Below are positions 48,548 through 60,174 of a stretch of DNA of 64,000 nt, one piece after another. The position numbers were made by a program, and so were the translations under genes. The stretch comes from Polyangiales bacterium (lineage in GTDB: Bacteria > Myxococcota_A > Polyangia > Polyangiales > Ga0077539), in assembly GCA_044229975.1 (NCBI GenBank), contig JBGARZ010000023.1:88188-152187 (forward strand), in the 5' to 3' direction. Below the pieces are notes generated by a model, which had not been told where the DNA came from, did not search any database, and saw nothing but the letters and a program-made list of their open reading frames with translations. Position 1 is the first letter of the stretch, and the number at the start of each line of letters is the position of its first letter.

Positions 48548-49437
48548 GAACCGCGCGACTGCTGGCCACGCTGGCGTTCCTGGCCCTGCCGACCCTCGCC
48601 GGCGCCTCCCCCCTGCTCGACTCTCGCGCGGTGCCCGAGGCCGTGTCCCGGCCGCTCGCCGACGTCGTTCGCGCCGACCGCGCGCGTCATCCGGCCTTCT
48701 ACCGCCGCATCGCCGACCTCGAAGGCCTCCGGCCCGAGCTCTACCGACGCACCCGCGCCGGGCGGCCCACCGTCTCGGTCGAGCTGCGGGCGATGGGCCC
48801 CGAGGCGCTGCTCCCGATGCTCGACGCCCTCGCCCTCAGCGGATACCCCCGAGACCTTTCCGCGGAGGAGCAGGCGGCGCTGCGCCTCGGCCTGCTCGAA
48901 GCCGTGGGCAACCTCGGCGACGTCCGCGCGCTCCCGGTGCTCCGTGGGGTCTTCGCGACCGCCGTCGAGGCGCCGGAGCTGCGCGCCGCCGCTCGCGGGC
49001 TCGCGCGCGTCTGCGAAGACGCCGACCGCCAGACGCTGATGGGTGCCACCGGCGTGCGGCGCGCCCCGGCGGCCGCCGCCCTCGGGCTGTGCGCGCACCC
49101 CGACGCCGCGCGATGGATGGTGACGCAGCTCGAAACGACCGGGGATGCGACCCTCGTCGAGGCGCTGGCGAGCGGCCTCGCGGGGGCGAACGCGAGCTGG
49201 ATCCGGCCGAACGCTCGTACGATCGACGCCGGCCTGCGGGCGAGGGCGGCGCAGGCGTTGGTGCGGCGCTGGCGCGAGCTGCCCGCGCAGCGCGGCGCGC
49301 TCGGCGTGACCCTACTGTCGATGGGCGGCGCCGAGGCACTCGCCGCCGTGCGCGACGGGTTGCGCGACGCCCCGGCGGACGTGCAGCCCGGGCTGCGGGT
49401 GCTGGAGCGAGCGCTGGTGCGCGACCTCGGTCGTTGA
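48544..49437 (+). CDS. Secreted HEAT/ARM-like repeat protein
   Basis: Signal peptide; EAVGNLGDVRALPVL, AAARGLA, AAAALG repeats; ATGA-coupled to PAD. Confidence 0.6.
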   Translation: MRTARLLATLAFLALPTLAGASPLLDSRAVPEAVSRPLADVVRADRARHPAFYRRIADLEGLRPELYRRTRAGRPTVSVELRAMGPEALLPMLDALALSGYPRDLSAEEQAALRLGLLEAVGNLGDVRALPVLRGVFATAVEAPELRAAARGLARVCEDADRQTLMGATGVRRAPAAAALGLCAHPDAARWMVTQLETTGDATLVEALASGLAGANASWIRPNARTIDAGLRARAAQALVRRWRELPAQRGALGVTLLSMGGAEALAAVRDGLRDAPADVQPGLRVLERALVRDLGR

Positions 49438-49482
49438 CGTTCGTGCGAATGAGGCGGCCGCGGACGTGAACGGTCCGGTTCG

Positions 49483-49662
49483 CTCGAGCGCCTGGAGGTG
49501 CTCTGCCCCGACGACGTCCAGGAGGCCCTGGCGCGGGTGGGGTTCGATGGCACCGTGGCCCGCTTCCACCACATCACCTTCGGCGACATCTGGCTCCGCG
49601 ACACCGCGCCCGTGTTCATGCACGACGCCTCGGGCGCGGTGGTCGCCGCGCGCTTCGGGTTG
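49483..49662 (+). pseudogene. Agmatine deiminase (PPAD/AguA-family) fragment
   Basis: ERLEVL...ARFHHITFGDIWLRDTAPVF...RF motif; no start, and the FNGWG continuation is absent. Confidence 0.6.
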
Positions 49663-49667
49663 GCCGG

Positions 49668-50048
49668 TCAGCGCTTCAGGATGCTGTTGAGCGTGTTGAA
49701 GATGTTGGCGCCGCTGGGGTCGGCGTTGGCCATCGGGGTCGCCGCTTTCACGAGCCGTTTGCGTTCTTCGGCGCCGGCGAAGGCCTCGTGGCAGCGGGTG
49801 CAGTGCGCGAGCTCGAGCAGCGAGTGGGCATTGCAGAAGACGCACTCGCGGGTGAGCGAGGCCTTGCACTGGGCGCACACTCCGCGCCCCCGCATGTTGA
49901 CGCTGGAGCAATCCGGGCAGGAGGCGCCGGCCTCGATGCCTGCGTAGGCGCCGCGGCAGTAGGGGCAGGCGGCGAGTCCGGGGACGGGTGCGGCGCCGCA
50001 ACCGTGGCATTCGTGGCTGCATCCGTCATGGTCGTCGGCGTGGGCCAT
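49668..50048 (-). CDS. Multi-CxxC (double zinc ribbon) protein
   Basis: Six CxxC pairs in 126 aa. Confidence 0.75.
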   Translation of the reverse strand: MAHADDHDGCSHECHGCGAAPVPGLAACPYCRGAYAGIEAGASCPDCSSVNMRGRGVCAQCKASLTRECVFCNAHSLLELAHCTRCHEAFAGAEERKRLVKAATPMANADPSGANIFNTLNSILKR

Positions 50049-50753
50049 AGAGGGCGGAGCCTAACCCACCACGCCGACGGGATCGAGGGTTGCCACCTAC
50101 CCCCACGCCGCGCGTGCCATCGCCAAGTCGGCGATCGACCGAGGCGGGTCTGGGTGGGCGGCCACGTTGGAGAAGCCGGATGCGAACGTGGTGGGATTCA
50201 ACTCGCAGAACTCGGCCGTGAACGAACTCGACCGGGCCATGACCAGAGTGGCGAGCGCCGGTGCCAGACCGGAACAGTTCGGTGGTTTGCAGCCAAGCGA
50301 CAACTGCATCGCGGCTGCTGCCGTCGTCGCGACGGTCGCGACACGCTGCACCGGAGGGTGCGATCGTTCCCATGATGGTCGTCCAGGGTCTCGGCTCGCC
50401 GTTCACTACGCTCACCCTCGTACTCCTCCTGAGCGCTCGCACCATCACTCCTGCTCTTCGGGCTCGCGTGGGCACTCAACGGCACCGGGCAAGCGCTCGT
50501 AGCCATCCCGACCATGGCCCTGCTCGCGGCGCACCCGCCGACGAGCGCGGTCGCGCCTACGCCGGCCACTCCGCGATCAACACTACCCGCCGGCTCGTGA
50601 GCTACCTCCTCATGGAGGCCGGGGTGGTCGGGTACGGCCGGGCCGCTCCGCAACCTCACTCTTCGCACGTAGAGGAACACGCGCGATGCTGACGCGCAGG
50701 GGAAACCTCCTGCAGCGTCCGCCCGGCGGGTGCCCACCTCGCGACAAGGCCCG

Positions 50754-52522
50754 ATGACGACGATCAAGGCGGCCTCGCCGAAACTGGCCGAGCTGTTCAC
50801 GCGGGAGAGGTGGATCGAGGTCGGACGCATCGGACGGCGGGCGCGGACCTCTTCGCAGAGCGAAAGGTCGGGCCCGCCGTCTTCACCACCCTCGCGACCG
50901 TGGTTGCGCTCTTCGGCGGCGAGACGGTCGCCGGGGCCCTCGTGGTGGTGATGGTCCTGACCGCCGAGTTCGTCACGGACCTGAGCACCGACCGCGCCCG
51001 CGCCTCCATTCAGGCGCTGATCCGCCCCATGCCCCAGGTCGTGATCGTTCGCGAAGGCAGCGCGGAGCGCCGCGTCTCCGTCGGGGACCTCAAGGTCGGG
51101 GACGTGGTGCTCGTCCGCGCGGGAGAAACGATCCCCGTGGACGGCACGGTCGTCTGGGGGAGCGGCGCGGTCCACGAGGCGTCCGTCACTGGCGGGTGCG
51201 TCCCGAAGGACAAGGCGGCCGGCGCCGCCGTCTTCGCCGGCACTGTCGTGGAGTCGGGCGCGCTCGACGTCCGCGCCGCCCGGCGCGGCAGCGACACGTT
51301 GTTCGCTCGCACCATCGCGCTCGCCGAGCAACCGGAGCCGCACCACGCGAAGGTCGCGCAGCTCGCCGATCAGGTGGCGTCGTGGCTGCTTCCCGCCGAC
51401 CTGGTCCTCCTCGTGGTCGCTTTTGTGGTCACCCACAACGTCCGCACGATCGTCACGCTCACGATCGTCACGACGCCGGTGCAGCTCGGCCTCGCGACGG
51501 CCCTCGTGGCGATCTCGGCGATCGCCCGCGGCGCGCAGAACGGCATCCTGATCAAGGGCGGCCCCTGCCTGGAGTCGCTCGCGAGGGCGGACGTCTTCGT
51601 CTTCGACAAGACCGGCACGCTGACCGTGGGCAGACCGCAACTGATCAGGGTTCTGCCGGAGGTGCGGCCGGGCCTGGACGAAGGCGGACTTCTCCGCCTC
51701 GCCGCTGCGGCGGCCCGGCGGTCCGGGCACCCGCTGGCGAGGGCGATCGTGGAGCACGCTGGGAAGGCGGTCCTGGAGGTGCCCAAGCCGGAGACCTTCG
51801 AGTTCCTCCAGAGCCGCGGCGTGAAGGCGACTGTGGAGGGGCGCGAGGTGCTCGTCGGCAATGCGGCACTCCTCCGCGACCACGGGGTCGTTCCGCCCAA
51901 ACCAGTCCATGGGCAGGTCGGTACGGTGGTCTTTGTCGCCGTAGCGAGACGGGCCGTGGGCCGCCTTATCATCGGCGACCAGCCGCGCCCTGGCGCGAAG
52001 AAGGTCGTCGCGCGCCTCAAGGCGACCGGGGTCCGGCGCGTCATCATGCTGACGGGCGACAAGGCCACGATCGCGCAGGCCGTCGCCACGGCGCTGGGGG
52101 TGGAAGAGGTCCAGGCGGAGCTCACGCGCGAGGGCAAGGTGAAGGGCATTCGCGCGCTCCAGGCGCAGGGACACCGCGTCGCGATGGTGGGGGACGGGGT
52201 CAACGACGGTCCCGCCCTGGCTCGGGCCGACGTAGGCATCGCGATGGGCTCCAGCGGGACGCAGGCCGTGCTCGAAGCCGCCGACGTTGCGCTTGTGACC
52301 GACGACCTCTCGACGATCGTCTTCGCCCGCGCCCTGGCCCGCCGCGCGTACCGGACGATCCAGCAGAACCTCTTCGTGGGAGTCGGGGTCGTTCACGCGG
52401 TGGGAATCACCGCGGCGCTGCTCGGCCTCATCGGACCGTTCGAGGCGGTGATCATCCACCTCGGCTCCGGCATCCTCGTCCTGGTGAACTCGGTGAGACT
52501 CCTCCGGGTGCGGATCGAGTGA
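50754..52522 (+). pseudogene. Frameshifted atypical P1B-type ATPase
   Basis: N-terminus MTTIK..ERWIEVGRI is in another frame from the body; DKTGTLT, HP, GDGVND intact, but TGES reads TGGC and CPC reads TTPVQ. Confidence 0.7.
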
Positions 52523-52564
52523 GGCGAGGCCCGACAGCCTGACAGACGATGGGGCCGGGCACGC

Positions 52565-53728
52565 CTACTGCCCCGTCGGTCCGCCGAACGCGGGCCGACC
52601 GCCGGGTGTCGCCGCGTAGGCCCGACCGTCGAGGAAGAAGCGTTCCTCGGAAGCGCCGCGCACGAGGACGGTGCCGCGCTGCGCAGGGTCGGTGTTGCCG
52701 ATCTCGCCGCCGACCGCGAGCACCAGGTGGGCGCTCCCGGCTACGGCGTGCAGGGTGTCGCCCGCGAGCAGACGTGTCCCGGTGATCGCGCCCGGGCCGC
52801 CGTAGCGGAGCGTGAGCCCGAGTCGGCCGACCATGTAGAGGCTCCGCTCGTTCTCGACCCAGACGCCGTTGAGGCCGGGCAGGGTCTCCGACAGGGAGAC
52901 CGGCGCCCAGCCCGCGCCCGTACGCAGCAGCGCGCGGCCCGACTGCGCCCCGCCCACGGCCGCGCAGGCCAGGCCGTCCGGGGCGCACGACACGGTGAAA
53001 AGGTTGCCGTCCCGCTCGGGAACAGGCACCGCGTCCATCTCCCAGGCCGTCGCCTCGTCGGCCCGCGAGAAGACGATCCCGGAGGCCCCGACGACGATCG
53101 TCCGGCCGAGACCGTGGGCGACCTTGTAGAGGTTGGCTTCCTGCGCGGCCGAGGGGACCGGCAACCTCTCGAACCGGACGCCGTCGTAGTGCAAGAGCAC
53201 GCCGCGCGGCCCGGTCGGCGCCGCCGACCCGCCGACCAGATAGAGGTCGTCCTCGCTCGCCCCCCAGACGCCCCAGAACGTCGGCCGACCCACGGGCCAG
53301 TCCCCGCCAATCTCCAACGGTTCGCAGCCCCGCGCGGGCGTGTAGCGGACCACGGCGCCGCCCTCGCCGACGGCGAACGCGGCGCCCCCGACGCCGATCA
53401 CCCACCAGAGCACCTCCGGGGTCCGGCAGAGGGTCGTGAAGCGCCCTTCCCGGTAGCTCACCAGGCGCCCCGCGCCGCCCGCCGGTACCCGCGCCGGGTC
53501 CACGCCCACGTAGCCCCCGCAAAGGTACGCCGAGGCCTCCACGGGCGACACCCAGGCGCCGAGAAAGGCGCCGCCGGGTGCGCCCCCGAATGCGACCCGG
53601 AAAAGCTCGGGCGGAGCGGGAGGAGCGCCGCAGGTCGCCGTCAGTGACGCCAGCAGACACCCCGCAACTCGCCACCCCTGACGTTGGCTACCGCATGACC
53701 GCCGCAGTCGTTGGGCTTCGGAGCGCAT
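52565..53728 (-). CDS. Beta-propeller-like lipoprotein
   Basis: TATC lipobox; repeated L.GVW / FAVG..G.V.RY units. Confidence 0.7.
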   Translation of the reverse strand: MRSEAQRLRRSCGSQRQGWRVAGCLLASLTATCGAPPAPPELFRVAFGGAPGGAFLGAWVSPVEASAYLCGGYVGVDPARVPAGGAGRLVSYREGRFTTLCRTPEVLWWVIGVGGAAFAVGEGGAVVRYTPARGCEPLEIGGDWPVGRPTFWGVWGASEDDLYLVGGSAAPTGPRGVLLHYDGVRFERLPVPSAAQEANLYKVAHGLGRTIVVGASGIVFSRADEATAWEMDAVPVPERDGNLFTVSCAPDGLACAAVGGAQSGRALLRTGAGWAPVSLSETLPGLNGVWVENERSLYMVGRLGLTLRYGGPGAITGTRLLAGDTLHAVAGSAHLVLAVGGEIGNTDPAQRGTVLVRGASEERFFLDGRAYAATPGGRPAFGGPTGQ

Positions 53729-54025
53729 GCAGTTCACGGTGTGTCCGCAGGGGTAGTTCATGACCGCCAGGCCGGGCGCGTTCATGGGGACATACCGCAC
53801 GAACCAGTCGCACGGCGACCTCTTCGCTCACCTCGTCTCCACCATCCCGCCGCCCGGCCGCGCGCCTGGAATCGCCCCACTGGAGGCACAGGGAAGGGCC
53901 GCCGATGCCAGCCGTCGCAGGACCCCACCTCGTGGCGAAGCGAACCCGCGAGGCCTGTCGCTAATTACGATCGTGAGTAGTAGGTTCGTCCACACGTGAT
54001 CGACCCCGACGCGTGGAGATCCTGC

Positions 54026-56569
54026 GTGCGCAAACTGCAACTCGAGATTGAGCTGATCCTCCCTGAAGCCGAGGGAGCCGATCCGTGCGTCGAGCGCCTG
54101 CTCGGTGCCATTCAAGGGCACCGCGGTGTGATCGAAGCCCACGTTGACCAGAAGAGGTCGAAGCCGAGGCTCTGTGTGCACTACGAGCCCGACCGGGTAA
54201 ATGTTGGCGAGCTGGAGGGTGCCGTCCGCAAGGCGGGGGCTGAACTCGTGAGCCGCTTCGGGCACGCGCGTCTTGCACTGCCGAATCTTCGCCATGCCCG
54301 GCATGCGCGTCTGGTCGAGGAGGTGCTCTCGCAAGAGCCCGGTGTGCTTCATGTCGCCGTGAGCCTGTCGGCGAAGGTCGCCAGCGTGGAGTACGAGCCC
54401 GGTCGCGTCGATCGCACGCGACTCGCCCAGATTGCGGCGAGCGCAGGGGCGACTGAGAACGCGGGCGTCGCAGACGCAAAGGTCGGAAACGGAGGCCACG
54501 GGGACCACGACCACGAGGGCCATGACCACAAGGGCCACGAGAAGGAGGACGGCGAGAAGCACGAGGCCAGCGACAAGAAGCACGGCCCCGGCGACGGGCA
54601 CGCGCACAGTCACGACGGCCCGCTTGGGGAGCACGCTGAGCTCGTCTTCAGCCTGATCTGCGGGGCGCTCGCGCTCGGTGGGTGGGTCGCGGGAAAGCTG
54701 GGCGCGCCGGCCATCGCGTGCAACGTGGCCTTCTGGCTCGCGTACGCGTTCGGTGGGTGGTTCACCGTGAAGGAGGCGGTGCTCGCCATCCGCGCGAAGA
54801 AGTTCGAGATCGACTTCCTCATGCTGGTGGCGGCCGGAGGAGCGGGCGCGCTCGGGGAGTGGTTCGAGGGTGCGCTGCTGCTGTTCCTCTTCAGCTTCGG
54901 CCACTCGCTGGAGGGCTTCGCGATGGGCCGCGCACGGAAGGCGATCGAGGCCCTCGCCAAGATGGTCCCCGAGACGGCACTTCTCCTGGCCGACGACGGG
55001 GCCGAGCGGGAGGTGCCGATCGCCGAGGTGAAGCGTGGCGCCCGCGTGCGCGTGAAGCCCCACACCCGGATCCCTTGTGACGGGATCGTCGCCGTCGGCA
55101 ACAGCTCGGTAGACCAGGCTCCGATCACGGGGGAGAGCGTCCCGGTTGACAAGTCTCCGGCACCAGACCTCGACGCCGCGCTGCGCGACCCCGACCGTGC
55201 TCCGCCCGCGCACCGGGTCTTCGCGGGGACCATCAACGGGGGGAGCGCGCTGACGGTGGTCGTCACCCGCGCCTCGACGGAGAGCACCCTCGCGCGGGTC
55301 GTCGAGCTGGTGAGCCAGGCCGACTCCCAGAAGTCCCCGACCCAACAGTTCACCGACCGCTTCGAGCGGGTCTTCGTCCCTCTCGTGCTCGCGTTGGTCG
55401 GGCTGCTGCTGTGCGCGGGCTTCGTCATCGACGAGCCCTTCCGCCAGACCTTCTACCGGGCAATGGCCGTGCTGGTGGCCGCCAGCCCATGCGCGCTCGC
55501 CATCGCGACGCCGAGCGCGGTGCTCGCCGGGGTGGCGCGCGCGGCGCGCGGCGGCGTGCTCGTCAAGGGCGGCGCCCACCTCGAATCGCTCGGTGCCATC
55601 GAGACCTTCGCCTTCGACAAGACCGGAACGCTGACCGAAGGGAAGCCCAAGCTGACCGACGTGGAGCCGGCCGAGGGCGTGGCGCGCGACGAGCTCCTCC
55701 GGGTCGCGCTGGCCGTCGAGAAGCTCTCCGATCACCCGCTCGCGCGAGCCATCGTCGAAGGGGCGGTGGACATCGCCGACGTGCCCGAGGCGACGGACGT
55801 CGAGGCGATCATCGGAAACGGCGTCAAGGCGCGCGTCGCGGGTAAGGAGGTCCTCGTCGGGAAGGCGTCGCTCTTCGACGCGAGCGGGGGGTTGCCGGCG
55901 GACGTGAAGGCGGCCGTCGAGCGGCTCCGCGCGGGCGGTCGAACCATCATGGTGGTCGGCGAACCGGGTCGCCTCCTCGGCGTCCTCGGCGTCATGGACA
56001 CGCCGCGGGACAGCGCACGAGAGGTGCTGAAGGAGCTGCTCGCGATGGGGGTCCAGAAGACCCTGATGTTGAGCGGAGACCACCAGGGCGTTGCCGATGC
56101 GGTAGCCCGGCAGGTTGGCCTGACCGAGGCGAAGGGAGACCTCCTCCCCGAGGACAAGGTCCGCGTCATCGACGAGCTCGCGAAGTCCGGCTCGGGCGTC
56201 GCCATGGTGGGTGACGGGGTCAACGACGCCCCGGCGCTCGCACGGGCGACCGTGGGCATCGCGATGGGGGCGGGGGGCTCGGACGTCGCTCTGGAGACGG
56301 CGGACGTCGCGCTCATGGGCGACGACCTGCGCGCGTTGCCCTTCGCCGTCGGCCTCAGTCGAGCCTGCCGACGGATCATCCGACAGAACCTCTGGGCGAG
56401 CCTGGGCATGGTCGCGTTCCTCATCCCGGCGACCATCTTCGGGATCGCGCGGATCGGCGTCGCCGTCGTCCTGCATGAAGGGTCGACGCTCCTCGTCGTG
56501 GCCAACGCGCTACGGCTCCTCGCGTTCCGAGACCCCCGTCGACCCGACCCTGCCTCCACCACTGGATGA
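54026..56569 (+). CDS. P1B-4 type (Co/Zn/Cd) ATPase with two HMA-like folds and a His-rich insert
   Basis: SPCALAIATP and HEGST transmembrane motifs, TGES, DKTGTLT, GDGVND; HGDHDHEGHDHKGH..HAHSH. Confidence 0.9.
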   Translation: MRKLQLEIELILPEAEGADPCVERLLGAIQGHRGVIEAHVDQKRSKPRLCVHYEPDRVNVGELEGAVRKAGAELVSRFGHARLALPNLRHARHARLVEEVLSQEPGVLHVAVSLSAKVASVEYEPGRVDRTRLAQIAASAGATENAGVADAKVGNGGHGDHDHEGHDHKGHEKEDGEKHEASDKKHGPGDGHAHSHDGPLGEHAELVFSLICGALALGGWVAGKLGAPAIACNVAFWLAYAFGGWFTVKEAVLAIRAKKFEIDFLMLVAAGGAGALGEWFEGALLLFLFSFGHSLEGFAMGRARKAIEALAKMVPETALLLADDGAEREVPIAEVKRGARVRVKPHTRIPCDGIVAVGNSSVDQAPITGESVPVDKSPAPDLDAALRDPDRAPPAHRVFAGTINGGSALTVVVTRASTESTLARVVELVSQADSQKSPTQQFTDRFERVFVPLVLALVGLLLCAGFVIDEPFRQTFYRAMAVLVAASPCALAIATPSAVLAGVARAARGGVLVKGGAHLESLGAIETFAFDKTGTLTEGKPKLTDVEPAEGVARDELLRVALAVEKLSDHPLARAIVEGAVDIADVPEATDVEAIIGNGVKARVAGKEVLVGKASLFDASGGLPADVKAAVERLRAGGRTIMVVGEPGRLLGVLGVMDTPRDSAREVLKELLAMGVQKTLMLSGDHQGVADAVARQVGLTEAKGDLLPEDKVRVIDELAKSGSGVAMVGDGVNDAPALARATVGIAMGAGGSDVALETADVALMGDDLRALPFAVGLSRACRRIIRQNLWASLGMVAFLIPATIFGIARIGVAVVLHEGSTLLVVANALRLLAFRDPRRPDPASTTG

Positions 56570-56609
56570 AGGTATCGTCCCCAACCCGTCCCCCCACTCG
56601 TCGAGGTAC

Positions 56610-57329
56610 ATGATGAAGACTCTCGCGTATGCCTTCGCGCTCTCCACCTTCGCCGTCGTCGGCTGTGGAGGCGGCGGCACCACCGGCGTGACGCCGACGG
56701 TCGACTCGGGCGTCAATGCGGGCGTCGATGTTGGTGTGGATGCCGGTTCCGCCGCCGTGGACGTGGTCGTCGAACCCCCGACCGATACCGGCGCGCCCCC
56801 GGCTGAGACGTACCCGCCGGGTCCCTACGGCTCCAGCGTGGGCCGACTGTTTCGCCCCTTCACCCTCACCGCGTGCAACCGCGAGGGCGACGAGGCCATG
56901 TGGCGCTTCGACGGCCCCGACTTCTTCACGAGCGAACTCACGGTGCTCATCATCTCCGCCGTCTGGTGCGTGCCCTGTCAGCGCGAGGCGGCCCAGATCC
57001 AGTCGGAGGTCATCGACCCCTACGCCGATCGCGGCGTGCGCGTCGTCCAGGTGCTGGTGCAAAACGCCGACTACTCGGCCATCACCCCCGCCTCGTGCCG
57101 CAGTTGGGTCAGCCGCTACGGCATCAACTTCCCCGAGCTGATGGACCCCATGTTCATCACCCAGCCCTTCGTGCCGATGACCGCCTTCCCGGCCAACGTC
57201 ATCATCGATCGCTGCGGTCGTATCCGTTGGCGCGAGTACGGCAGCGACACGGGCCTCACCTCCATCCGCACCGCGATCGACGCGGTGCTCGCCGATCCGC
57301 GCTACCCCGCCTGCCCGACCAACGACTAG
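56610..57329 (+). CDS. TlpA/thioredoxin-like lipoprotein
   Basis: VVGC lipobox; YPPGPYG, WCVPC, FPANVIID. Confidence 0.82.
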   Translation: MMKTLAYAFALSTFAVVGCGGGGTTGVTPTVDSGVNAGVDVGVDAGSAAVDVVVEPPTDTGAPPAETYPPGPYGSSVGRLFRPFTLTACNREGDEAMWRFDGPDFFTSELTVLIISAVWCVPCQREAAQIQSEVIDPYADRGVRVVQVLVQNADYSAITPASCRSWVSRYGINFPELMDPMFITQPFVPMTAFPANVIIDRCGRIRWREYGSDTGLTSIRTAIDAVLADPRYPACPTND

Positions 57330-57342
57330 GGCCCCCTCCAGG

Positions 57343-57359
57343 TGCGACATCATGTCGCA
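57343..57359. promoter_or_regulatory. Perfect 8-1-8 palindrome, candidate Fur-family box
   Basis: TGCGACAT-C-ATGTCGCA about 40 bp upstream of mbnP. Confidence 0.6.
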
Positions 57360-57398
57360 AACCAACGGACTCAGACGTCTGCTACTTGTGCTTTCACC

Positions 57399-58432
57399 AT
57401 GGTGAACGCGTCGTCTCTTCCGCGTGCTTCGACCCTCATCGTCCTCTCGCTCGGCCTGACGGCGTGCAGTGACCCGGCGCCGGTGCTTCCGGTGGACGCG
57501 GGCATCGACGCGCCGCGGATCGATGTCCCCGCGGTCGACGCAGGTGCGCCCGACGTCCCTTCCATCGATCGCCCCGCGGACGACGTCCCGGCTGTCACGA
57601 CCGACGATGGCACCCAGGCCGTGGCCATCAACTTCGCGGGACGCGTCGGGTCCCAGGAGTTTCGCTGCGGTCAGCGCTACACCCTCGGCACGCCCGCGGT
57701 GCAGGCCGACGTGGCGGACTTCCGCTTCTACGTCCATGACGTTCGCCTGGTACGCGCGGACGGCACCGAGGTTCCGGTGGCACTCGCGACCAACACCTTC
57801 CAGTACGGCGGCGTGGCGCTCATCGACTTCGAGAACCGCACCGGGGAGTGTGACCAGGGCGACGCCGAGACCAACACCGTCGTCCAGGGCCGCGTACCGA
57901 TCGGGAGCTACGCGGGCCTGCGCTTCCGGCTGGGCATCCCCTTCGCGATGAACCACACCGACCTCACCGCGCAGCCTTCGCCGCTCAACCGCAGCACCCT
58001 CTTCTGGAGCTGGAACTCGGGTCACCTCTTCTTCGCGAGCACGACCCGCTCCCCCTCGCAGCGCCCCATCACCGTCGATGGCGGCATGGGCGCGTCCGAC
58101 GCTGCGGCGACGGGCGACCTCGGGCTGATGATGGTGATGAACGACCACTTCACCCACGTCGGCTCGACGGGCTGCATGGGCAATCCCAGCGCCGGGACGC
58201 CGGTCACCACCTGCACCCGCCCCAACCGCGCCGAGATCAACCTCGCGGCCTTCGACGCGGGTCGACAGCGCGTCGTAGCCGACCTCGCCGCCGTGAAGGA
58301 GGGCGTGGACATCACGAGCAACCCGGGCTGTCACTCGTTCTCGGCGAGCTGCACCGCGATGTTCAGCCACCTCGGACTCGATTGGATGACCGGGGCGCCC
58401 ACCCCCGCCACGCAGACCGTCTTCCGGGTCGA

Positions 58433-58436
<4 letters not shown>
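57399..58436 (+). CDS. mbnP: MbnP-family metal-binding protein (four-Cys type)
   Basis: LTAC lipobox; DFRFYV, LIDFEN..C, GIPFAMNH, FWSWNSG (WxW), HVGSTGC, C.RPNR, GC.S. Confidence 0.88.
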
Positions 58437-59704
<1,268 letters not shown>

Positions 59705-59709
59705 TCGGT

Positions 59710-60174
59710 TCACCCGCAGCGGTCGCAACGGCCCTTGACCTGTATCTCCACCGTCCCTTCGAGAAGGAACCTTGGTAGGCCGGGTCCGCCGATCACCTGC
59801 ACGGCATTGTGGGCGAGACACAGCACCTCTCCGCATTCGCTGCAGACGAAGTGGGGGTGGCCCGCGGTGGAGTGGGCGACGCCCTCGGTCTCGGGCCGGA
59901 GCTCGAATCGCCAGACGTGGTCGCCCATGTCGGACCGCCGCAAGAGTCCCGCTCCTGTCAGGTCCGTGAGGTTTCGGTGGACGGTCTTGCGGTCCCAGCC
60001 CGAGGGCGCGAGCGCGTCCGCCATCTCGGCGTGGGTCATCGGGCCATGGGCCTCCCAGAGCCGCCGCAGCACGGCCGCCCGCGGGGCCGTGACCCGCAGA
60101 CCCGCCGATCGTATCCGCACTTGAATCTGTGCGAGCGACGGACCGCCCTGCCTGCGATGTCTCGACGAGCTCAT
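59710..60174 (-). CDS. Fur-family repressor (paralog of 37365-37817)
   Basis: GLRVTAPR, RNL, HPHFVCSECG, CDRC; ATGA overlap with the upstream gene. Confidence 0.9.
   Translation of the reverse strand: MSSSRHRRQGGPSLAQIQVRIRSAGLRVTAPRAAVLRRLWEAHGPMTHAEMADALAPSGWDRKTVHRNLTDLTGAGLLRRSDMGDHVWRFELRPETEGVAHSTAGHPHFVCSECGEVLCLAHNAVQVIGGPGLPRFLLEGTVEIQVKGRCDRCG

Noticed and set aside
50050..50750. Short ORFs and a small hairpin upstream of the decayed ATPase
   Set aside because: No recognisable motifs or consistent frame; cannot support a gene or ncRNA
53961..53984. AT-rich near-palindrome before the P1B-4 ATPase as a second Fur box
   Set aside because: Only an ACGATCGT core, with a poor match to the 57343 palindrome
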